Made by a program: the position numbers and the translations under genes. This document shows positions 12,594 to 26,000 of a DNA stretch of 64,000 bases, in pieces. The notes beneath the pieces were generated by a model. That model was not told the DNA's origin. It searched no databases and worked only from the letters and a program-made list of their open reading frames with translations. Origin of the DNA: the human T2T-CHM13v2.0 reference genome, Homo sapiens. Within the stretch, counting starts at the first letter, position 1, and every line of letters begins with the position of its first letter. The stretch is from NCBI RefSeq assembly GCF_009914755.1, contig NC_060947.1; one strand, given 5' to 3'.

Positions 12594-15500
12594 TCCTCAG
12601 AGAGGTCCAAATATCCCCTCGCAGATTCTACAAAACGTGTGTTTGGAAACTACTCCATCATAAGGAATCTTCAGCTCTCTGAGTTAAACTCCATCGTCAC
12701 AAAGAATTTTCTGAGAGTGCTACCGTCTAGTTTTTATATGACGTTCTTTCCTTTACTACCACAGGCCTCAAAGCGGTCCAAATCTCCACTTGCAGATTCT
12801 ACAAAAAGAGTGTCTGCAAACTGCTCTATCAAAAGGAATGTTCAGCTCTGGGAATTCAATGCAATCATCACAGAGCAGTTTCTGAGAATGCTTCTATGTC
12901 GTTTTTAGGAGAAGATATTTCCTTTTCCAACACAGTCCTCCAAGCCCGCTAAATATCCACTTGCACATTGTAGAAAAAGTGTGTCGAAGCTGCGCTATCA
13001 AAGGGAAAGTTCAACTCTGTGAGGTGAATGCAAACATCCCAAAGAAGTTTCTGAGAATGCTTCCGTTTAGCTTTTAGGTGAAGATTATCCCGTTTCCAAC
13101 GAAACCTTCAAAGAGGTCCAAATATCCCCTTGCGGATCCCACAGAAAGAGTGTTTCGAAACTGCTGTTTAAAAAGGAATCTTCAACTATGTGAGATGAAT
13201 GCAATCATCACAAAGAAGTTTCTGACAATGCTTCTCTCTCGTCTTTCTGTGAAGATAAAGGAAAAGGCTTTCAGGCGTTTTCCACCGCAGGCCTGAAAGC
13301 GCTCCAAATGTCCACTTGCAGATTCTGCCAAAAGAATATTTCAAAACTGCTCTATGAAAAGCAATGTTAAACTCTGCGGCTCGAACACAAACATCACAAA
13401 GCAGTTTCTGAGAATGCTTAAGTTTAGTTTTTCTGTGGAAATATTCCCGTTTCCAAAGAAATCTTCAAAGAGGTCCACGTATCCACTTACAGATTCTACA
13501 AAAAGACAGTTTCAAAACTGCTCAATCAAAAGGAGGGTTCAACTGTGTGACTTGAATGCAATCATCACTCAGAAGTTTCTGAGAATGCTTCTCTTTAGTT
13601 TTTACGTGAACATATACCCGTTTCGAACGAAGGCCACCCAGTGGTCCAAATATCCACTTGCAGATTCTACAGAAAGAGTGTTTCGAACCTGAACTCTCAA
13701 AGGCAGGTTCATCTCTGCGAGTTAAATGCATTCATCATGAAGAACTTTCTCAGCGTGTTTGTGTTTAGTTATGGGAAATTATTCCCGTTCCCAACGAAAT
13801 CCTCAGAGAGGTCCAAATGTCCACCTGCAGATTCTACCAAAAGTGTATTTGGAAACTGCTCCATCAACAGGCATGTTCAGCTCTGTGAGTGAAACTCCAT
13901 CATCACAAAGAATATTCTGAGAATGCTTCCATTTGCCTTTTATATGAAGTTCCTTCCTATACGACCGTAGGCCTCAAAACAGTCCAAATCTCCATTTGCA
14001 GATTCTACAAAAAGAGTGATTCCAATCTGCTCTATCAATAGGATTGTTCAACTCCATGAGTTGAATGCCATCCTCACAAAGTCGTTTCTGAGAATGCTTC
14101 TATCTAGTTTTTATGTGAAGATATTTCCTTTTCCACCACAGGCCTCAAAGCCCTCCAAACGTCCACTTGCAGATTCTCGAAAAGGAGTATTTCATAGCTG
14201 CTCTTTCAAAAGGAAAGTTCAACTCTGGGAGTTGAATACAAACATCACAAAGTAGTTTCCGAGAATGCTTCTGTTTAGTTTTTATGTGAAGATGATCCCT
14301 TTTCCAGTGAAATCTTCAAAGAGGTCCACATATCCCCTTGCAGATTCCAAAGAAAGAGGGTTTCAAAACTGCTCCATCAAAAGGATTGTTCAACTCTGTG
14401 AGTTGAATGCAGTCATCGCAGAAAACTTTCTGAGAATGCTTCTGTCTAGGTTTGATGTGAAGATATAGACGTTTCAAACGAAGGCTACAAAGTGGTCAAA
14501 ATATACACTTGCAGATTGTACTACAAGGGTGTTGCAAACCTGAACTATCAAAGGAAGGTTCAACTCTGTGGGTTGAATACAAACATTGCAAAGAATGTTC
14601 TGAGTTTCCTTCCGTTCAGTTATGGGAAGTTGATCCCGTTCCCAACGAAATCCTCAGAGAGGTCCAAATATCCCCTTGCAGATTCTACAAAACGTGTGTT
14701 TGGAAACTGCTCCATCATAACGAATGTTCAGCTCTCTGAGTTAAACTCCATCGTCACAAAGAATTTTTTGAGAGTGCTACCGTCTAGGTTTTATATGAAG
14801 TTCTTTCCTTTACTACCACAGGCCTCAAAGCGGTCCAAATCTCCACTTGCAGATCCTACAAAAAGAGTGTCTGCAAACTGCTCTATCAAAAGGAATGTTC
14901 AACTCTGGGAGTTGAATGCAATCATCACAGAGCAGTTTCTGAGAATGCTTCTATGTCGTTTTTAGGAGAAGATATTTCCTTTTCCAACACAGTCCTCCAA
15001 GCCCGCTAAATATCCACTTACACATTGTAGAAAAAGTGTGTCGAAGCTGCGCTATCAAAGGGAAAGTTCAACTCTGTGAGGTGAATGCAAACATCCCAAA
15101 GAAGTTTCTGAGAATGCTTCCGTTTAGCTTTTAGGTGAAGATTATCCCGTTTGCAACGAAATCTTCAAAAAGGTCCAAATATCCCCTTGCGGATCCCACA
15201 GAAACAGTGTTTCGAAACTGCTGTTTCAAAAGGAATCTTCAACTCTGTGAGTTGAATGCAATCATCACAAAGAAGTTTCTGACAATGCTTCTCTCTCGTC
15301 TTTCTGTGAAGATAAAGGAAAAGGCTTTCAGGCCTTTTCCACCACAGGCCTGAAAGCGCTCCAAATGTCCACTTGCAGATTCTGCCAAAAGAATATTTCA
15401 AAACTGCTCTATGAAAAGCAATGTTAAACTCTGCGGCTCGAACACAAACATCACAAAGCAGTTTCTGAGAATGCTTCAGTTTAGTTTTTCTGTGGAAATA

Positions 15501-17847
15501 TTCCCGTTTCCAAAGAAATCTTCAAAGAGGTCCACGTATCCACTTACAGATTCTACAAAAAGACAGTTTCAAAACTGCTCAATCAAAAGGAGGGTTCAAC
15601 TGTGTGACTTGAATGCAATCATCACTCAGAAGTTTCTGAGAATGCTTCTCCTTAGTTTTTACATGAACATATACCCGTTTCGAACGAAGGCCACCCAGTG
15701 GTCCAAATATCCACTTGCAGATTCTACAGAAAGAGTGTTTCGAACCTGAACTCTCAAAGGCAGGTTCATCTCTGCGAGTTAAATGCATTCGTCATGAAGA
15801 ACTTTCTCAGCGTGTTTGTGTTTAGTTATGGGAAATTATTCCCGTTCCCAACGAAATCCTCAGAGAGGTCCAAATGTCCACCTGCAGATTCTACCAAAAG
15901 TGTATTTGGAAACTGCTCCATCAACAGGCATGTTCAGCTCTGTGAGTGAAACTCCATCATCACAAAGAATATTCTGAGAATGCTTCCGTTTGCCTTTTAT
16001 ATGAAGTTCCTTCCTATACGACCGTAGGCCTCAAAGCAGTCCAAATCTCCATTTGCAGATTCTACAAAAAGAGTGATTCCAATCTGCTCTATCAATAGGA
16101 TTGTTCAACTCCATGAGTTGAATGCCATCCTCACAAAGTCGTTTCTGAGAATGCTTCTATCTAGTTTTTATGTGAAGATATTTCCTTTTCCACCACAGGC
16201 CTCAAAGCCCTCCAAACGTCCACTTGCAGATTCTCGAAAAAGAGTGTTTCATAGCTGCTCTTTCAAAAGGAAAGTTCAACTCTGGGAGTTGAATACAAAC
16301 ATCACAAAGTAGTTTCCGAGAATGCTTCTGTTTAGTTCTTATGTGAAGATGATCCCGTTTCCAGTGAAATCTTCAAAGAGGTCCACATATCCCCTTGCAG
16401 ATTCCAAAGAAAGAGGGTTTCAAAACTGCTCCATCAAAAGGATTGTTCAACTCTGTGAGTTGAATGCAGTCATCGCAGAAAACTTTCTGAGAATGCTTCT
16501 GTCTAGGTTTGATGTGAAGATATAGACGTTTCAAACGAAGGCTACAAAGTGGTCAAAATATACACTTGCAGATTGTACTACAAGGGTGTTGCAAACCTGA
16601 ACTATCAAAGGAAGGTTCAACTCTGTGGGTTGAATACAAACATCGCAAAGAATGTTCTGAGTTTGCTTCCGTTCAGTTATGGGAAGTTGATCCCGTTCCC
16701 AACGAAATCCTCAGAGAGGTCCAAATATCCCCTTGCAGATTCTACAAAACGTGTGTTTGGAAACTGCTCCATCATAACGAATGTTCAGCTCTCTGAGTTA
16801 AACTCCATCGTCACAAAGAATTTTCTGAGAGTGCTACCGTCTAGGTTTTATATGAAGTTCTTTCCTTTACTACCACAGGCCTCAAAGCGGTCCAAATCTC
16901 CACTTGCAGATCCTACAAAAAGAGTGTCTGCAAACTGCTCTATCAAAAGGAATGTTCAACTCTGGGAGTTGAATGCAATCATCACAGAGCAGTTTCTGAG
17001 AATGCTTCTATGTCGTTTTTAGGAGAAGATATTTCCTTTTCCAACACAGTCCTCCAAGCCCGCTAAATATCCACTTGCACATTGTAGAAAAAGTGTGTCG
17101 AAGCTGCGCTATCAAAGGGAAAGTTCAACTCTGTGAGGTGAATGCAAACATCCCAAAGAAGTTTCTGAGAATGCTTCCGTTTAGCTTTTAGGTGAAGATT
17201 ATCCCGTTTGCAACGAAATCTTCAAAGAGGTCCAAATATCCCCTTGCGGATCCCACAGAAAGAGTGTTTCGAAACTGCTGTTTCAAAAGGAATCTTCAAC
17301 TCTGTGAGTTGAATGCAATCATCACAAAGAAGTTTCTGACAATGCTTCTCTCTCGTCTTTCTGTGAAGATAAAGGAAAAGGCTTTCAGGCCTTTTCCACC
17401 ACAGGCCTGAAAGCGCTCCAAATGTCCACTTGCAGATTCTGCCAAAAGAATATTTCAAAACTGCTCTATGAAAAGCAATGTTAAACTCTGCGGCTCGAAC
17501 ACAAACATCACAAAGCAGTTTCTGAGAATGCTTCAGTTTAGTTTTTCTCTGGAAATATTCCCGTTTCCAAAGAAATCTTCAAAGAGTTCCGCGTATCCAC
17601 TTACAGATTCTACAAAAAGACAGTTTCAAAACTGCTCAATCAAAAGCAGGGTTCAACTCTGTGACTTGAATGCAATCATCACTCAGAACTTTCTGAGAAT
17701 GCTTCTCTTTAGTTTTTACGTGAACATATACCCGTTTCGAACGAAGGCCACCCAGTGGTCCAAATATCCACTTGCAGATTCTACAGAAAGAGTGTTTCGA
17801 ACCTGAACTCTCAAAGGCAGGTTCATCTCTGCGAGTTAAATGCATTC

Positions 17848-20800
17848 ATCATGAAGAACTTTCTCAGAGTGTTTGTGTTTAGTTATGGGAAATTATTCCC
17901 GTTCCCAACGAAATCCTCAGAGAGGTCCAAATGTCCACCTGCAGATTCTACCAAAAGTGTATTTGGAAACTGCTCCATCAACAGGCATGTTCAGCTCTGT
18001 GAGTGAAACTCCATCATCACAAAGAATATTCTGAGAATGCTTCCGTTTGCCTTTTATATGAAGTTCCTTCCTATACGACCGTAGGCCTCAAAGCAGTCCA
18101 AATCTCCATTTGCAGATTCTACAAAAAGAGTGATTCCAATCTGCTCTATCAATAGGATTGTTCAACTCCATGAGTTGAATGCCATCCTCACAAAGTCGTT
18201 TCTGAGAATGCTTCTATCTAGTTTTTATGTGAAGATATTTCCTTTTCCACCACAGGCCTCAAAGCCCTCCAAACGTCCACTTGCAGATTCTCGAAAAAGA
18301 GTGTTTCATAGCTGCTCTTTCAAAAGGAAAGTTCAACACTGGGAGTTGAATACAAACATCACAAAGTAGTTTCCGAGAATGCTTCTGTTTAGTTCTTATG
18401 TGAAGATGATCCCGTTTCCAGTGAAATCTTCAAAGAGGTCCACATATCCCCTTGCAGATTCCAAAGAAAGAGGGTTTCAAAACTGCTCCATCAAAAGGAT
18501 TGTTCAACTCTGTGAGTTGAATGCAGTCATCACAGAAAACTTTCTGAGAATGCTTCTGTCTAGGTTTGATGTGAAGATATAGACGTTTCAAACGAAGGCT
18601 ACATAGTGGTCAAAATATACACTTGCAGATTCTACTACAAGGGTGTTGCAAACCTGAACTATCAAAGGAAGGTTCAACTCTGTGAGTTGAATACAAACAT
18701 CACAAAGAATGTTCTGAGTTTGCTTCCGTTCAGTTATGGGAAGTTGATCCCATTCCCAACGAAATCCTCAGAGAGGTCCAAATATCCCCTTGCAGATTCT
18801 ACAAAACGTGTGTTTGGAAACTGCTCCATCATAACGAATGTTCAGCTCTCTGAGTTAAACTCCATCGTCACAAAGAATTTTCTGAGAGTGCTACCGTCTA
18901 GTTTTTATATGAAGTTCTTTATTTTACTACCACAGGCCTCAAAGCGGTCCAAATCTCCACTTGCAGATTCTACAAAAAGAGTGTCTGCAAACTGCTCTAT
19001 CAAAAGGAATGTTCAACTCTGGGAGTTGAATGCAATCATCACAGAGCAGTTTCTGAGAATGCTTCTATGTCGTTTTTAGGAAAACATATTTCCTTTTCCA
19101 ACACAGTCCTCCAAGCCCGCTAAATATCCACTTGCACATTGTAGAAAAAGTGTGTCAAAGCTGTGCTATCAAAAGGAAAGTTCAACTCTGTGAGGTGAAT
19201 GCAAACATCCCAAAGAAGTTTCTGAGAATGCTTCCATTTAGCTTTTAGGTGAAGATTATCCCGTTTGCAACGAAATCTTCAAAGAGGTCCAAATATCCCC
19301 TTGCGGATCCCACAGAAACAGTGTTTCAAAACTGCTGTTGCAAAAGGAATCTTCAACTCTGTGAGTTGAATGCAATCATCACAAAGAAGTTTCTGACAAT
19401 GCTTCTCTCTCGTCTTTCTGTGAAGATAAAGGAAAAGGCTTTCAGGCCTTTTCCACCACAGGCCTGAAAGCGCTCCAAATGTCCACTTGCAGATTCTGCC
19501 AAAAGAATATTTCAAAACTGCTCTATGAAAAGCAATGTTAAACTCTGCGGCTCGAACACAAACATCACAAAGCAGTTTCTGAGAATGCTTCAGTTTAGTT
19601 TTCTCTGGAAATATTCCCGTTTCCAAAGAAATCTTCAAAGAGGTCCGCGTATCCTCTTACAGATTCTACAAAAAGACAGTTTCAAAACTGCTCAATCAAA
19701 AGGAGGGTTCAACTGTGTGACTTGAATGCAATCATCACTCAGAACTTTCTGAGAATGCTTCTCTTTAGTTTTTACGTGAACATATACCCGTTTCGAACGA
19801 AGGCCACCCAGTGGTCCAAATATCCACTTGCAGATTCTACAGAAAGAGTGTTTCGAACCTGAACTCTCAAAGGCAGGTTCATCTCTGCGAGTTAAATGCA
19901 TTCATCATGAAGAACTTTCTCAGAGTGTTTGTGTTTAGTTATGGGAAATTATTCCCGTTCCCAACGAAATCCTCAGAGAGGTCCAAATGTCCACCTGCAG
20001 ATTCTACCAAAAGTGTATTTGGAAACTGCTCCATCAACAGGCATGTTCAGCTCTGTGAGTGAAACTCCATCATCACAAAGAATATTCTGAGAATGCTTCC
20101 GTTTGCCTTTTATATGAAGTTCCTTCCTATACGACCGTAGGCCTCAAAGCAGTCCAAATCTCCATTTGCAGATTCTACAAAAAGAGTGATTCCAATCTGC
20201 TCTATCAATAGGATTGTTCAACTCCATGAGTTGAATGCCATCCTCACAAAGTCGTTTCTGAGAATGCTTCTATCTAGTTTTTATGTGAAGATATTTCCTT
20301 TTCCACCACAGGCCTCAAAGCCCTCCAAACGTCCACTTGCAGATTCTCGAAAAAGAGTGTTTCATAGCTGCTCTTTCAAAAGGAAAGTTCAACACTGGGA
20401 GTTGAATACAAACATCACAAAGTAGTTTCCGAGAATGCTTCTGTTTAGTTCTTATGTGAAGATGATCCCGTTTCCAGTGAAATCTTCAAAGAGGTCCACA
20501 TATCCCCTTGCAGATTCCAAAGAAAGAGGGTTTCAAAACTGCTCCATCAAAAGGATTGTTCAACTCTGTGAGTTGAATGCAGTCATCGCAGAAAACTTTC
20601 TGAGAATGCTTCTGTCTAGGTTTGATGTGAAGATATAGACGTTTCAAACGAAGGCTACATAGTGGTCAAAATATACACTTGCAGATTCTACTACAAGGGT
20701 GTTGCAAACCTGAACTATCAAAGGAAGGTTCAACTCTGTGAGTTGAATACAAACATCACAAAGAATGTTCTGAGTTTGCTTCCGTTCAGTTATGGGAAGT

Positions 20801-23082
20801 TGATCCCGTTCCCAACGAAATCCTCAGAGAGGTCCAAATATCCCCTTGCAGATTCTACAAAACGTGTGTTTGGAAACTGCTCCATCATAACGAATGTTCA
20901 GCTCTCTGAGTTAAACTCCATCGTCACAAAGAATTTTCTGAGAGTGCTACCGTCTAGTTTTTATATGAAGTTCTTTATTTTACTACCACAGGCCTCAAAG
21001 CGGTCCAAATCTCCACTTGCAGATTCTACAAAAAGAGTGTCTGCAAACTGCTCTATCAAAAGGAATGTTCAACTCTGGGAGTTGAATGCAATCATCACAG
21101 AGCAGTTTCTGAGAATGCTTCTATGTCGTTTTTAGGAAAACATATTTCCTTTTCCAACACAGTCCTCCAAGCCCGCTAAATATCCACTTGCACATTGTAG
21201 AAAAAGTGTGTCAAAGCTGTGCTATCAAAAGGAAAGTTCAACTCTGTGAGGTGAATGCAAACATCCCAAAGAAGTTTCTGAGAATGCTTCCGTTTAGCTT
21301 TTAGGTGAAGATTATCCCGTTTGCAACGAAATCTTCAAGGAGGTCCAAATATCCCCTTGCGGATCCCACAGAAAGAGTGTTTCGAAACTGCTGTTTCAAA
21401 AGGAATCTTCAACTCTGTGAGTTGAATGCAATCATCACAAAGAAGTTTCTGACAATGCTTCTCTCTCGTCTTTCTGTGAAGATAAAGGAAAAGGCTTTCA
21501 GGCCTTTTCCACCACAGGCCTGAAAGCGCTCCAAATGTCCACTTGCAGATTCTGCCAAAAGAATATTTCAAAACTGCTCTATGAAAAGCAATGTTAAACT
21601 CTGCGGCTCGAACACAAACATCACAAAGCAGTTTCTGAGAATGCTTCAGTTTAGTTTTTCTGTGGAAATATTCCCGTTTCCAAAGAAATCTTCAAAGAGG
21701 TCCACGTATCCACTTACAGATTCTACAAAAAGACAGTTTCAAAACTGCTCAATCAAAAGGAGGGTTCAACTGTGTGACTTGAATGCAATCATCACTCAGA
21801 AGTTTCTGAGAATGCTTCTCCTTAGTTTTTACATGAACATATACCCGTTTCGAACGAAGGCCACCCAGTGGTCCAAATATCCACTTGCAGATTCTACAGA
21901 AAGAGTGTTTCGCACCTGAACTCTCAAAGGCAGGTTCATCTCTGCGAGTTAAATGCATTCGTCATGAAGAACTTTCTCAGCGTGTTTGTGTTTAGTTATG
22001 GGAAATTATTCCCGTTCCCAACGAAATCCTCAGAGAGGTCCAAATGTCCACCTGCAGATTCTACCAAAAGTGTATTTGGAAACTGCTCCATCAACAGGCA
22101 TGTTCAGCTCTGTGAGTGAAACTCCATCATCACAAAGAATATTCTGAGAATGCTTCCGTTTGCCTTTTATATGAAGTTCCTTCCTATACGACCGTAGGCC
22201 TCAAAGCAGTCCAAATCTCCATTTGCAGATTCTACAAAAAGAGTGATTCCAATCTGCTCTATCAATAGGATTGTTCAACTCCATGAGTTGAATGCCATCC
22301 TCACAAAGTCGTTTCTGAGAATGCTTCTATCTAGTTTTTATGTGAAGATATTTCCTTTTCCACCACAGGCCTCAAAGCCCTCCAAACGTCCACTTGCAGA
22401 TTCTCGAAAAAGAGTGTTTCATAGCTGCTCTTTCAAAAGGAAAGTTCAACTCTGGGAGTTGAATACAAACATCACAAAGTAGTTTCCGAGAATGCTTCTG
22501 TTTAGTTCTTATGTGAAGATGATCCCGTTTCCAGTGAAATCTTCAAAGAGGTCCACATATCCCCTTGCAGATTCCAAAGAAAGAGGGTTTCAAAACTGCT
22601 CCATCAAAAGGATTGTTCAACTCTGTGAGTTGAATGCAGTCATCGCAGAAAACTTTCTGAGAATGCTTCTGTCTAGGTTTGATGTGAAGATATAGACGTT
22701 TCAAACGAAGGCTACAAAGTGGTCAAAATATACACTTGCAGATTGTACTACAAGGGTGTTGCAAACCTGAACTATCAAAGGAAGGTTCAACTCTGTGGGT
22801 TGAATACAAACATCACAAAGAATGTTCTGAGTTTGCTTCCGTTCAGTTATGGGAAGTTGATCCCGTTCCCAACGAAATCCTCAGAGAGGTCCAAATATCC
22901 CCTTGCAGATTCTACAAAACGTGTGTTTGGAAACTGCTCCATCATAACGAATGTTCAGCTCTCTGAGTTAAACTCCATCGTCACAAAGAATTTTCTGAGA
23001 GTGCTACCGTCTAGGTTTTATATGAAGTTTTTTCCTTTACTACCACAGGCCTCAAAGCGGTCCAAATCTCCACTTGCAGATC
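17848..23082. repeat. 5.2-kb HOR-haplotype block, copy 1 (other copies at 46617-51851 and 61015->64000)
   Basis: The same ordered rare variants appear at +28,769 and +43,167: CAACACTGG, ACATAGTGG, CCATTCCC, TTTATTTTAC, CTTCCATTTAG, TGTTGCAAAAGG, 1-bp deletion TTTAGTTTTCTCTGG, ATCCTCTTAC. TCAAGGAGG, TTCGCACCTG and GAAGTTTTTTCC are seen in copies 1 and 2. Confidence 0.88.
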
Positions 23083-26000
23083 CTACAAAAAGAGTGTCTG
23101 CAAACTGCTCTATCAAAAGGAATGTTCAACTCTGGGAGTTGAATGCAATCATCACAGAGCAGTTTCTGAGAATGCTTCTATGTCGTTTTTAGGAGAAGAT
23201 ATTTCCTTTTCCAACACAGTCCTCCAAGCCCGCTAAATATCCACTTGCACACTGTAGAAAAAGTGTGTCGAAGCTGCGCTATCAAAGGGAAAGTTCAACT
23301 CTGTGAGGTGAATGCAAACATCCCAAAGAAGTTTCTGAGAATGCTTCCGTTTAGCTTTTAGGTGAAGATTATCCCGTTTGCGACGAAATCTTCAAAGAGG
23401 TCCAAATATCCCCTTGCGGATCCCAAAGAAACAGTGTTTCGAAACTGCTGTTTCAAAAGGAATCTTCAACTCTGTGAGTTGAATGCAATCATCACAAAGA
23501 AGTTTCTGGCAATGCTTCTCTCTCGTCTTTCTGTGAAGATAAAGGAAAAGGCTTTCAGGCCTTTTCCAACACAGGCCTGAAAGCGCTCCAAATGTCCACT
23601 TGCAGATTCTGCCAAAAGAATATTTCAAAACTGCTCTATGAAAAGCAATGTTAAACTCTGCGGCTCGAACACAAACATCACAAAGCAGTTTCTGAGAATG
23701 CTTCAGTTTAGTTTTTCTCTGGAAATATTCCCGTTTCCAAAGAAATCTTCAAAGAGGTCCGCGTATCCATTACAGATTCTACAAAAAGACAGTTTCAAAA
23801 CTGCTCAATCAAAAGGAGGGTTCAACTGTGTGACTTGAATGCAATCATCACTCAGAACTTTCTGAGAATGCTTCTCTTTAGTTTTTACGTGAACATATAC
23901 CCGTTTCGAACGAAGGCCACCCAGTGGTCCAAATATCCACTTGCAGATTCTACAGAAAGAGTGTTTCGAACCTGAACTCTCAAAGGCAGGTTCATCTCTG
24001 CGAGTTAAATGCATTCGTCATGAAGAACTTTCTCAGAGTGTTTGTGTTTAGTTATGGGAAATTATTCCCGTTCCCAACGAAATCCTCAGAGAGGTCCAAA
24101 TGTCCACCTGCAGATTCTACCAAAAGTGTATTTGGAAACCGCTCTATCAACAGGCATGTTCAGCTCTGTGAGTGAAACTCCATCATCACAAAGAATATTC
24201 TGAGAATGCCTCCGTTTGCCTTTTATATGAAGTTCCTTCCTATACGACCGTAGGCCTCAAAGCAGTCCAAATCTCCATTTGCAGATTCTACAAAAAGAGT
24301 GATTCCAATCTGCTCTATCAATAGGATTGTTCAACTCCATGAGTTGAATGCCATCCTCACAAAGTCGTTTCTGAGAATGCTTCTATCTAGTTTTTATGTG
24401 AAGATATTTCCTTTTCCACCACAGGCCTCAAAGCCCTCCAAACGTCCACTTGCAGATTCTCGAAAAAGAGTGTTTCATAGCTGCTCTTTCAAAAGGAAAG
24501 TTCAACACTGGGAGTTGAATACAAACATCACAAAGTAGTTTCCGAGAATGCTTCTGTTTAGTTCTTATGTGAAGATGATCCCGTTTCCAGTGAAATCTTC
24601 AAAGAGGTCCACATATCCCCTTGCAGATTCCAAAGAAAGAGGGTTTCAAAACTGCTCCATCAAAAGGATTGTTCAACTCTGTGAGTTGAATGCAGTCATC
24701 GCAGAAAACTTTCTGAGAATGCTTCTGTCTAGGTTTGATGTGAAGATATAGACGTTTCAAACGAAGGTTACAAAGTGGTCAAAATATACACTTGCAGATT
24801 GTACTACAAGGGTGTTGCAAACCTGAACTATCAAAGGAAGGTTCAACTCTGTGGGTTGAATACAAACATCACAAAGAATGTTCTGAGTTTGCTTCCGTTC
24901 AGTTATGGGAAGTTGATCCCGTTCCCAACGAAATCCTCAGAGAGGTCCAAATATCCCCTTGCAGATTCTACAAAACGTGTGTTTGGAAACTGCTCCATCA
25001 TAACGAATGTTCAGCTCTCTGAGTTAAACTCCATCGTCACAAAGAATTTTCTGAGAGTGCTACCGTCTAGGTTTTATATGAAGTTCTTTCCTTTACTACC
25101 ACAGGCCTCAAAGCGGTCCAAATCTCCACTTGCAGATCCTACAAAAAGAGTGTCTGCAAACTGCTCTATCAAAAGGAATGTTCAACTCTGGGAGTTGAAT
25201 GCAATCATCACAGAGCAGTTTCTGAGAATGCTTCTATGTCGTTTTTAGGAGAAGATATTTCCTTTTCCAACACAGTCCTCCAAGCCCGCTAAATATCCAC
25301 TTGCACATTGTAGAAAAAGTGTGTCGAAGCTGCGCTATCAAAGGGAAAGTTCAACTCTGTGAGGTGAATGCAAACATCCCAAAGAAGTTTCTGAGAATGC
25401 TTCCGTTTAGCTTTTTGGTGAAGATTATCCCGTTTGCAACGAAATCTTCAAAGAGGTCCAAATATCCCCTTGCGGATCCCACAGAAAGAGTGTTTCGAAA
25501 CTGCTGTTTCAAAAGGAATCTTCAACTCTGTGAGTTGAATGCAATCATCACAAAGAAGTTTCTGACAATGCTTCTCTCTCGTCTTTCTGTGAAGATAAAG
25601 GAAAAGGCTTTCAGGCCTTTTCCACCACAGGCCTGAAAGCGCTCCAAATGTCCACTTGCAGATTCTGCCAAAAGAATATTTCAAAACTGCTCTATGAAAA
25701 GCAATGTTAAACTCTGCGGCTCGAACACAAACATCACAAAGCAGTTTCTGAGAATGCTTCAGTTTAGTTTTTCTCTGGAAATATTCGCGTTTCCAAAGAA
25801 ATCTTCAAAGAGGTCCGCGTATCCACTTACAGATTCTACAAAAAGACAGTTTCAAAACTGCTCAATCAAAAGGAGGGTTCAACTGTGTGACTTGAATGCA
25901 ATCATCACTCAGAAGTTTCTGAGAATGCTTCTCTTTAGTTTTTACGTTAACATATACCCGTTTCGAACGAAGGCCACCCAGTGGTCCAAATATCCACTTG

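Noticed and set aside
19279-19638. Extended minus-strand ORF (119 aa) recurring at 48048 and 62446
   Set aside because: Arises from a 1-bp deletion in a T run; useful only as a marker of the triplicated block.
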